Below, in pieces: positions 7,901 through 14,262 of a stretch of 31,222 bases of DNA; positions within the stretch are counted from its first letter, which is position 1; each line of letters begins with the position of its first letter. Location: positions 1 through 31,222 of the IMG/VR virus record IMGVR_UViG_3300017747_002822; one strand, written 5' to 3'. Source of the DNA: a virus. Its lineage: Duplodnaviria; Caudoviricetes. The notes under the pieces were generated by a model. That model saw nothing but the letters and a program-made list of their open reading frames with translations, was not told the origin of the DNA and ran no database searches. A program made the position numbers and the translations under genes.

Positions 7901-8131
7901 TTAGATGGTGGGGAAATTGCCGGAAAGCTGCGTCCAAATGCTGGACAGCATAACGTCGTATGAATAGCCTGCGTCCTCGAACAGACGGATCTCCTTGTCG
8001 AGGTCGAGCGCATCGTCACCCTGGATGAAAAGGTCGGAGCGAGTGCCTCGGTTGTAAAGAGTGTAGGCTGTGCCTTTGCCGTGGGAGTAAAGATGGAAAT
8101 GGTCTGTGGTGATGGAGAGGCTGGTTTGCAT
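7901..8131 (-). CDS. Hypothetical protein (76 aa)
   Basis: Start MQTSLS after the leader repeat. Contains FIQGDDA. Confidence 0.7.
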   Translation of the reverse strand: MQTSLSITTDHFHLYSHGKGTAYTLYNRGTRSDLFIQGDDALDLDKEIRLFEDAGYSYDVMLSSIWTQLSGNFPTI

Positions 8132-8136
8132 GGGAT

Positions 8137-8148
8137 GGCTCCAGGTTT
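8137..8148 (-). repeat. Leader/RBS repeat copy 3
   Basis: ggctccaggttt. Confidence 0.8.
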
Positions 8149-8183
8149 GGGGGTAGAGGTGCAGAGGCATCGCTTCGCACTGG

Positions 8184-8501
8184 TTAAAAGAGATCTGAGA
8201 GGTCATCAGTTGTGAGGGTCGAGACTACGCGGTTGCGTTTTAGCTGGACTTGCTGAGATGCAGCGATGACGGCAGGATGGTCAGCGCCCCAGATGTTGTG
8301 GAGGTTGGCGAGGTAGCGCTTGTGGGCCTCGGCAAAACCAGCGAAGTGGTCGGAATAGCTGGCGGGCCATAGGTTTTCGGGGAAGTCTTGGAATAGCTTG
8401 CGCGTGGCGGCAGGCTGGGCGTCATAGTAGGCGAAAAGCTGGTCTTTGCTTTTGCGGATTGACTGCTGGTGGCGGTTGCGCTGGGAGTTGGTTGTGGGCA
8501 T
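8184..8501 (-). CDS. Hypothetical protein (105 aa) with an acidic tail ending in Phe
   Basis: AGGA RBS. First gene after the promoter at about 8574-8602. Ends TLTTDDLSDLF. Confidence 0.7.
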   Translation of the reverse strand: MPTTNSQRNRHQQSIRKSKDQLFAYYDAQPAATRKLFQDFPENLWPASYSDHFAGFAEAHKRYLANLHNIWGADHPAVIAASQQVQLKRNRVVSTLTTDDLSDLF

Positions 8502-8573
8502 GTGAGAGTCCTAAACGCTGGGCGTTGTGCGGGGTCACTGGGCAACGGGCGAAAAACAAATCACCCGTTGCCT

Positions 8574-8602
8574 TTTATTGCATGTCATGGGTCTAAGGTC
8601 AA
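8574..8602 (-). promoter_or_regulatory. Putative early promoter (TTGACC-N16/17-CAATAA/AATAAA) with an operator-like motif in the spacer
   Basis: The minus strand reads ttgacc ttagacccatgacatg caataa, followed by a 9-bp hairpin at 8541-8572. Confidence 0.5.
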
Positions 8603-8703
8603 TGCTAAAAATGCGGGGCTGGGTATATGTCGTCGTCGAATTTTACGTCAGTGAGTCGCAACAGTTTGTCCTCAAGGCAGCATGGAGCGGGTAACGTGGA
8701 TCA

Positions 8704-9435
8704 TTAGAAAACTCCTTCGTCGCAGTTGGAAGGATCGACGTAGCCGAGCGCGATCTGGTCGTCGAGGGTGAGCGGGATCGAGTCGTCGGACGGATCGTCG
8801 TAAACTGGAGGCATGTTGACTTCTCGCCGTTTTGCGTCCTGCGCCATTTTGTCTGCCTGCAGTCGCGATATCCAGCCTTTTGCAATCATGTCTGTGGTGG
8901 AGAGTTCAGTTGTGGAGCGTTTTGGTTTTTTCGAGGTTAAAAGTTCAACTGGCTTCGCTTTGAGCATGGAGTGTGGAGATGTTGGGGCGTTTTTGCCTTT
9001 GAGTTCGGAAAACTGGTCGGGGGCTGTGAGGCCGATTGAGACTGCGCGCTCGGCGTGTTCGTAGTGGGCAGCTTTTTCTTCGTCCGAGATGTCGTGCCTG
9101 ATGGTGGACGGCTGGATGCCTGGAGAAAATGAAATGCCTGCAGGGATGCCTGCGCGTTTTCGGCGGGCGTATGCGGCGGTTCGCTGGTTTTTACGGAAAG
9201 CGGCACGGAAGTGTTGCTCTTCGGCTACGAGGAGGGAAAGGTCTGGCTCGGAGATTGTGTGGAGGTCGGCAAGGAATTGAACGGATTGGAGCGCTTCGCG
9301 GAAGTCGTCGAGGCTGGATGTGGATGTAAGGGTGGAAGTTATGTCGCGGATCGAGCGTTTGATTGTGGTGTTGGCGTCGTATGTGCGGCGGAAAGCGGAG
9401 AGGATTGTTATGACTCGTTCTTGTGTGATTGCCAT
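8704..9435 (-). CDS. Hypothetical early protein (243 aa)
   Basis: AAGGAG RBS. Basic helix RKNQRTAAYARRKR and an acidic C-terminus ending CDEGVF. Confidence 0.8.
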   Translation of the reverse strand: MAITQERVITILSAFRRTYDANTTIKRSIRDITSTLTSTSSLDDFREALQSVQFLADLHTISEPDLSLLVAEEQHFRAAFRKNQRTAAYARRKRAGIPAGISFSPGIQPSTIRHDISDEEKAAHYEHAERAVSIGLTAPDQFSELKGKNAPTSPHSMLKAKPVELLTSKKPKRSTTELSTTDMIAKGWISRLQADKMAQDAKRREVNMPPVYDDPSDDSIPLTLDDQIALGYVDPSNCDEGVF

Positions 9436-9447
9436 TTGAAAAGCTCC

Positions 9448-9501
9448 TTAGATTATTGAGGATGACTGGGTTTGCGCGGAACGCGCAAGGGTGATTGCCA
9501 T
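9448..9501 (-). CDS. 17-aa upstream mini-ORF (MAITLARSAQTQSSSII)
   Basis: Has its own AAAGGAGCC RBS. Its stop abuts the RBS of 8704..9435. Confidence 0.45.
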   Translation of the reverse strand: MAITLARSAQTQSSSII

Positions 9502-9535
9502 TGTCGGGCTCCTTTGTTGGCGGGTTGGTATGGGG

Positions 9536-9564
9536 ACTATATAGGCGTCGTCGTATAAGGTAAA
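9536..9564 (-). promoter_or_regulatory. Sigma70-like promoter TTTACC-N17-TATAGT
   Basis: The minus strand reads tttacc ttatacgacgacgccta tatagt, upstream of the mini-ORF and 8704..9435. Confidence 0.55.
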
Positions 9565-9639
9565 TAGCGCAATTGGCCTATTATGCTCGATTGCTGGTTG
9601 GCGGTGGGTCTAAGGTTAGAGACATGGAGGCTGTAGTTG

Positions 9640-9725
9640 ACATTCGATTTTTAAAAAAAAATATATAATTAAAGCAGTAGAATGGCCTTAACCTGCTTAA
9701 AAATATATATTTAGAGAGATTTGAA
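9640..9725. other. AT-rich tract (candidate DNA-unwinding element)
   Basis: ttttaaaaaaaaatatataattaaa...ttaaaaatatatattt, in an otherwise GC-rich window. Confidence 0.7.
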
Positions 9726-9846
9726 AGGTTAGACCCATTTGAAACTGGGTATAGGGTGGGTTTGAGGTTAAGCCCATTGGGAAGGGTCAAACTGGGAAAA
9801 GGGGCCGTTTGCGCTATTTGCGGTAAACGGAGACGCCTTTATCACC

Positions 9847-9920
9847 ACCATTTATCTGCCCACCATTTCCCTACCATTTACCATTTCACAAACCATTTGC
9901 TGACCATTTTCCTACCATTT
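9847..9920 (+). repeat. Array of seven ACCATTT heptamers
   Basis: Copies start at 9847, 9862, 9873, 9880, 9892, 9903 and 9914. Confidence 0.9.
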
Positions 9921-9968
9921 AAAATCAGCAAAAAATAATGCCTCCGGCGTGATGGCAAAATGCAGAGC

Positions 9969-10004
9969 AAAAAAAAGCCCAGCCAGTGTTACCCGGCTGG
10001 GCTT
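9969..10004 (-). terminator. Rho-independent terminator after 10010..10567
   Basis: aagcccagcc (9975-9984) / ggctgggctt (9995-10004) 10-bp stem with an 8-U tail on the minus strand. Confidence 0.9.
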
Positions 10005-10009
10005 GTTGA

Positions 10010-10567
10010 TTAGAATATATCTGCGAAGTCGTCGGACTGCTTGGCAGCTTTGCGCTTGCGATCCGTAAACTCCTTTTCGACGGCAGCGGCGAATTTTGCA
10101 TTCTGCAAGGCGTTGGCGAGGAAGGATTCGAATTGCTCCTTTTCTTCCGGCTTGCTGCGCTTGGGAAGCGCCTTGCCTTTTGCTTTCGCCACATTTTCAA
10201 GCAACTCGATGGCGATTGCGCGGCGCAGCTTGTCGTCGTCGGACATGCGCGGGGACGAGGCGCGGAATTTGCGGGCCACGCCGGAAACGATCGACTCGAA
10301 CATTTCACGTTGAATAGCGGCGCAAATCTTAGCGGCTGTTTCCTCATCCCGGCCCCCACCAGTGATGGCGAGGCGGTTACATTCGTTAGCTATGTCGTCG
10401 TCGGACCATGGATTTGCGCCATTGCCCAAAACGCCTGCCTTCACGCCCGCAATCGAATTTTTAATAGCGGTTGAAAAGCCCAACTGGAGCAGATGCTCGA
10501 GCGAGTTTTCAGGAAGGTTAGCGCTGTTGACGTTAAAGCCAGCGAATGAAAGATTGATAGACGACAT
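10010..10567 (-). CDS. Hypothetical protein (185 aa) in a stand-alone transcription unit
   Basis: GGAG RBS, its own promoter (about 10668-10697) and terminator. Ends SDDFADIF. Confidence 0.85.
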   Translation of the reverse strand: MSSINLSFAGFNVNSANLPENSLEHLLQLGFSTAIKNSIAGVKAGVLGNGANPWSDDDIANECNRLAITGGGRDEETAAKICAAIQREMFESIVSGVARKFRASSPRMSDDDKLRRAIAIELLENVAKAKGKALPKRSKPEEKEQFESFLANALQNAKFAAAVEKEFTDRKRKAAKQSDDFADIF

Positions 10568-10667
10568 AACATAGACTCCATGTTATGCCCTATCGGGTTT
10601 CACAATTTCAAACAGCAGAACCCGGTAGGGCTCACGAAACGCACAATGCGATTCGATGGGTTTAACC

Positions 10668-10697
10668 TTATAGCAAATTTTGCACATTGCAAGCAAA
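10668..10697 (-). promoter_or_regulatory. Putative promoter TTGCTT-N18-TATAAG with extended -10 (TGc); coordinates approximate
   Basis: The minus strand reads ttgctt gcaatgtgcaaaatttgc tataag, immediately followed by the AGGTTAAACCCAT motif. Confidence 0.55.
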
Positions 10698-10754
10698 ATC
10701 TGCAAGAATTTTGAAAATAATGTTAGGCCCATGCTAATGCACAAAAACGGGCAA

Positions 10755-10855
10755 GGGTTCGATCCGGGTTCGATCCCGGATCGATCCGGTAGGATAGCAC
10801 CAGAAGGGATCGATTGTCGCATGTAGGGCCGTTTCTATCGATCCCGGATCGATCC
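10755..10855. repeat. GATC-rich repeat block
   Basis: Tandem gggttcgatcc x2 (10755-10776), 18-bp direct repeat tcgatcccggatcgatcc at 10770 and 10838, and 8 GATC within about 95 bp. Confidence 0.85.
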
Positions 10856-10897
10856 ACATTAAATTGCCTTTGGGCGCATTTTGTTCGGCGGGATGGA

Positions 10898-10926
10898 TTG
10901 ACATGATGGGCCTAACCTGATACCTA
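10898..10926 (+). promoter_or_regulatory. Putative rightward promoter TTGACA-N17-TACCTA with a motif in the spacer
   Basis: ttgaca tgatgggcctaacctga taccta, upstream of the 32-aa ORF. Confidence 0.5.
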
Positions 10927-10955
10927 TTGTGCATGATTAGACGAAAGGAGCAGGC

Positions 10956-11054
10956 ATGTGGGAGCAGTTGATCGCGGAGCGCGAGGCAGCGCTGGGGCGC
11001 AAGCTAACGCCAGACGAGGCAATAGCGCTGTGGAGAGAGGTGCGGGGGCTTTGA
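10956..11054 (+). CDS. 32-aa small helical protein (MWEQLIAEREAALGRKLTPDEAIALWREVRGL)
   Basis: Strong AAAGGAG RBS 5 nt before the ATG. Below the ORF-track size cutoff. Confidence 0.65.
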   Translation: MWEQLIAEREAALGRKLTPDEAIALWREVRGL

Positions 11055-11199
11055 GTCCCCTCCCAGTCTAAAAGGCTCAAGCCGAAGGCTTGACGGGGGA
11101 CTGGCCCAGCAGGGGATTGGAGTAATGCTTTGCCGAACCCACATTTGTCTGAGCCATGAAAAAGGTGATGGGTCTAAATAAGCCTCCCTTTTGTGCTTG

Positions 11200-11228
11200 T
11201 TGCCTTGCAGTCAGACCCATGATATACT
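11200..11228 (+). promoter_or_regulatory. Sigma70-like promoter TTGCCT-N17-TATACT for the right arm
   Basis: ttgcct tgcagtcagacccatga tatact, 35 bp upstream of the ATG at 11263. Confidence 0.6.
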
Positions 11229-11262
11229 CGCTCCCAGATGGCACTAACCATTTGGAGCGTTT

Positions 11263-12153
11263 ATGTATATTGCACCCCCCGGCAAGGGTCGTCGCCCCGC
11301 CCCGATCACTTACGGCCCACCTCGGCACCTCTCGGAGTCCGACATTGCGAGCATGTGGGACCACGCGGGGAGTGGGCAAAAGGGGGTGCCGCGGATCAAG
11401 ACGCTCCGCTACAACCACCATCTCCTTGCTAAAGCCGTGGCCTCGGGCAAAAGCTTGCTGGAATGCTCCACGCTCTGCGGCCTGACCGTCGCCCGCATCT
11501 CTGACCTCAAAAACGACCCGGCCTTCCAAGAACTCGTCTCTTTCTACGCAGAGGAATTGAACGAGGTCTACGTGGACGTGCATCAGCGAATGGCGGCGCT
11601 GGGGACCAGCGTGCTGGAAGAACTGCAAGAGCGGTTTGAAGCGGAGCCCGAAAAGTTCACGAAGCGCGAACTTATGGATCTGTTCACGACCATGGCGGAC
11701 CGCTCCATCGCGACGGCGAAAGGCGGCCCCAACCCGCAACAGGCAATCGCAGTCGGCGCGGGCGGAAACGGCTTGGCGCTCCAGATCAACTTTGTCTCCC
11801 CAGCCTCCGCCGAGCCCGAAACCCTCGACGCCACTCTCACCCCCACACCACTCCCCACCAACCCAACCCAGGCGCCTGCGGCTCTACCGGGCAACTCTTT
11901 CCCCTCAATTCCGCAGCTTCCCGAAACGGTCAGGCCCCTTCTTGCTGACTCTCTTGGGATGCCCCCCGGCCTCGACGTTGACGGGGAGCCTTACGTGCCC
12001 CACACTCCTCAACCAATTCCTACGCAATCCGAGATCACGCAAGCGAAGTTCGATGCGACGGATGCGGCGATTGCGCGGCGGGAAGCGGAAGCTGCGGAAC
12101 GCGACAGGCTTCGCGCAGAATACATGGCGAAAAGGGTGAAACCAAATGGCTAA
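11263..12153 (+). CDS. HTH-containing protein; candidate small terminase subunit or regulator
   Basis: HHLLAKAVASGKSLLECSTLCGLTVARISDLKNDPAFQELV is HTH-like, followed by helices, LQINF and a long Pro-rich tail. GGAG RBS. Confidence 0.55.
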   Translation: MYIAPPGKGRRPAPITYGPPRHLSESDIASMWDHAGSGQKGVPRIKTLRYNHHLLAKAVASGKSLLECSTLCGLTVARISDLKNDPAFQELVSFYAEELNEVYVDVHQRMAALGTSVLEELQERFEAEPEKFTKRELMDLFTTMADRSIATAKGGPNPQQAIAVGAGGNGLALQINFVSPASAEPETLDATLTPTPLPTNPTQAPAALPGNSFPSIPQLPETVRPLLADSLGMPPGLDVDGEPYVPHTPQPIPTQSEITQAKFDATDAAIARREAEAAERDRLRAEYMAKRVKPNG

Positions 12154-12406
12154 AACCCCGGCATGGACCCGCAAGGAAGGGAAAGACCCGAAGGGCGGCC
12201 TGAACGCCAAAGGGCGCGCAAGCGCCAAGGCGCAAGGGCATAACTTAAAGCCCCCTGCGCCTAACCCGAAAAACGAAAAAGACGCGGGGCGGAAAAAGTC
12301 TTTCTGCGCGAGGATGTCTGGGATGAAGAAAAAACTTACGAGCGAAAAAACCGCAAAAGACCCGAACTCGCGCATCAACAAATCGCTCCGGGCGTGGAAC
12401 TGCTGA
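12146..12406 (+). CDS. Small basic phage protein (DUF6321-like)
   Basis: GKDPKGGLNAKGR...RKKSFCARMSGMKKKLTS.KTA.DPNSRINKSLR.WNC. Confidence 0.8.
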   Translation: MAKTPAWTRKEGKDPKGGLNAKGRASAKAQGHNLKPPAPNPKNEKDAGRKKSFCARMSGMKKKLTSEKTAKDPNSRINKSLRAWNC

Positions 12407-12407
12407 C

Positions 12408-12581
12408 ATGGGTTCGCACAATAAACCTGTGTGGGAAAAACCCCGGCCCAAGGCCCTTGGGAAACCCAAAACACTTTCCCCTGCGAAAAAGGCGAGCGCC
12501 AAGGCATCGGCGAAAGCGGCGGGGAGACCTTATCCTAATCTCGTGGACAACATGCGCGCCGCCCGAAAGGCTTCCAAATGA
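12408..12581 (+). CDS. Small Lys/Ala-rich protein (57 aa)
   Basis: MGSHNKPVWEKPRPKALGKPKTLSPAKKASAKASAKAAGRPYPNLVDNMRAARKASK. Its stop overlaps the endolysin ATG. Confidence 0.75.
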   Translation: MGSHNKPVWEKPRPKALGKPKTLSPAKKASAKASAKAAGRPYPNLVDNMRAARKASK

Positions 12582-13153
12582 ACATGGAATATTTCTTTGA
12601 GCGGGTCAGGCGAGCGGTTTTCGGGGGGCGATTGACCGCCCGACAGGTGGACGGGATGAACCAGATCCTTGCCTACCGGGATGCGAAGTGGCCGAAAATG
12701 TCTTACGCCGAACTCGCCTATGTGCTGGCGACGATCGTGCATGAAACGGCGTTTGAAATGCAGCCCATCCGGGAGCAGGGCGGGCAGAAATATCTCCAAT
12801 CAAAACCCTATTACCCGTTTTACGGGCGAGGGTTGGTGCAGATCACCTGGGAGCGGAATTACAAACTTTTCAAAGTTGATCCGCCTGATAAAGCGCTGGA
12901 ATGGCCGGTCGCGCTCGATATATGCTTTCGCGGGATGATTTTAGGGATGTTTACGGGGAAAAAACTCTCTGACTACATCGGAGTTGGAAAGTGTGATTAC
13001 GTGACGGCGCGAAGAATTATTAACGGGACGGATCGGGCGAGACTGATCGCCGGATACGCACGGTCGTTCAAAGACGCGCTTTTACAGGCAAATGCGCAAC
13101 CACCGGCACAAAAGACCGCGCAAAAGTCCGCATCGACGGGGGCGGGGAAATGA
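12578..13153 (+). CDS. Endolysin, GH19 (chitinase/lysozyme-like) family
   Basis: AYVLATIVHET, YGRGLVQITWERNY and ARRIING motifs. Heads the lysis cassette. Confidence 0.85.
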   Translation: MNMEYFFERVRRAVFGGRLTARQVDGMNQILAYRDAKWPKMSYAELAYVLATIVHETAFEMQPIREQGGQKYLQSKPYYPFYGRGLVQITWERNYKLFKVDPPDKALEWPVALDICFRGMILGMFTGKKLSDYIGVGKCDYVTARRIINGTDRARLIAGYARSFKDALLQANAQPPAQKTAQKSASTGAGK

Positions 13154-13308
13154 TGCAAGAGACTGTAAGATTTGTGATTTGCGCGACGTTGGCGTGTTTG
13201 GTGCTGTTCGGAACGGCAGTTTTGTTGACCGGATGCCAAAGCACGAAGGATGATGCGAAGTTTGTGGAATGCTGGTTGCGTGACGGCACGTCACGGCCTT
13301 GTAACTGA
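13150..13308 (+). CDS. Small lipoprotein (52 aa)
   Basis: MMQETVRFVICATLACLVLFGTAVLLTG-CQSTKDDAKFVECWLRDGTSRPCN: lipobox LTGC. ATGA-coupled to the endolysin. Confidence 0.65.
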   Translation: MMQETVRFVICATLACLVLFGTAVLLTGCQSTKDDAKFVECWLRDGTSRPCN

Positions 13309-13318
13309 GGAGATAAAA

Positions 13319-13489
13319 ATGTTGACGAATTGGAAAACCACGATCCCCGGTATCATCGCACTGGTCACGGTCGTGTGGAATACGTGGCAGTCGAAAACGC
13401 TGGATTGGGCTAATCTGCAGAACGCGCTGATTGGCTTGGGCCTTGTGGCGGCGAAAGATTGGAACGTCACAGGCGGAACGAAAAGCTAG
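13319..13489 (+). CDS. Putative holin (56 aa, two hydrophobic segments)
   Basis: GAGGAG RBS. NWKTT..G..ALV...IGLGLVAAKD pattern, located between endolysin and spanins. Confidence 0.7.
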   Translation: MLTNWKTTIPGIIALVTVVWNTWQSKTLDWANLQNALIGLGLVAAKDWNVTGGTKS

Positions 13490-13725
13490 TGATCCCGGCG
13501 TTAATCGCTACGCTGACGGCGCTATTTAGCGCCGTTGGCAAAGTGTTTGAGTGGCTTTATGCACGGAATTTAACGGATGCTGGAAAAGTGCAGGAGCGCC
13601 TTGATGCCCTTCAAAAGTCAGTCCATGACGCGCAAGTGGCCGTTGCTGCGCGCGAAGCTGTGCGGGCTGCTCTTGCTGCCGACCCTGACAGCGTGTCAGA
13701 CGATGACGGGTTCAGACGGGACTGA
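13489..13725 (+). CDS. i-spanin (Rz-like)
   Basis: GTG start overlapping the holin stop. N-terminal TM, Ala-rich helix, ends DDDGFRRD. Confidence 0.7.
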   Translation: MIPALIATLTALFSAVGKVFEWLYARNLTDAGKVQERLDALQKSVHDAQVAVAAREAVRAALAADPDSVSDDDGFRRD

Positions 13726-13888
13726 CGCGCTGCAGGGGGCTTCGTTCTGTCAGGCCGCTCGCGCGATTTACTATTCCCGCCACGACACAGCCCCGACGAT
13801 TGCGCAGATCCGCGAACATAACGCTGTTGGCGTGGCGTTGAAATGTGGGTGGTTGCCAACCAAAAAGCAAAAGGGGGCCAAGCCTTGA
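13625..13888 (+). CDS. o-spanin (Rz1-like lipoprotein), overlapping the i-spanin
   Basis: MTRKWPLLRAKLCGLLLLPTLTA-C lipobox in a +1 frame overlapping the i-spanin. Further Cys in SFC and KCGW. Confidence 0.75.
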   Translation: MTRKWPLLRAKLCGLLLLPTLTACQTMTGSDGTDALQGASFCQAARAIYYSRHDTAPTIAQIREHNAVGVALKCGWLPTKKQKGAKP

Positions 13889-14244
13889 CAAAAGCTGTTT
13901 ATTGGTTTGACGAGCCAGAGGACCACAATTATCCTGCGGCGGAAGAATATTTGATGCTGCATTTTGGGCGTGAAACAGCAAAAGGTTTGTCGGATAGACT
14001 TCGCCGGGAAAGTGTGCAATATTTCAAGGCGAAGGATATTTTTCGCGCCAGTAAACTATCCCACGCGGGGATTTCAAACGAGCAGGTCGAAAAGACTCTC
14101 GAAAAGATCGAGAACGGAAAAAAGTTGTCTCCGGTTTTGTTGGTGCGATGCATCAATGCGCTTATCATCGCGGACGGGTATCATAGAGTTTGTGCGGTTT
14201 ACTCGCACGATCAGGACGTGAAAATTCCGTGTAAGATTGTGTAG
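13885..14244 (+). CDS. ParB/sulfiredoxin-like N-terminal-domain protein
   Basis: Probable TTG start coupled to the o-spanin stop. Contains LSPVLLVR...LIIADGYHRVCA. Confidence 0.65.
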   Translation: MTKAVYWFDEPEDHNYPAAEEYLMLHFGRETAKGLSDRLRRESVQYFKAKDIFRASKLSHAGISNEQVEKTLEKIENGKKLSPVLLVRCINALIIADGYHRVCAVYSHDQDVKIPCKIV

Positions 14245-14262
14245 CCGAAAGGGCTTTTTGCT

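Noticed and set aside
9689-9701. TTAA pairs as CtrA boxes
   Set aside because: Spacing is N5 here (and N9 at 4711), not the TTAA-N7-TTAA consensus. The host is also not established.
9847-9920. Repeat array as a mini-CRISPR
   Set aside because: The repeats are only 7 bp with 0-8 bp gaps, far too short, and there are no cas genes.
9581-9938. ORFs 9581..9790 (-) and 9756..9938 (+)
   Set aside because: They cross the AT-rich tract and heptamer array, have low-complexity translations and lack an RBS. The region is better explained as non-coding.
10755-10780. GGTTCGATCC(C) resembles a tRNA T-loop or an attP fragment
   Set aside because: No acceptor, D or anticodon arms can be built around it, it is part of a tandem/GATC repeat block, and no integrase is present in the window.
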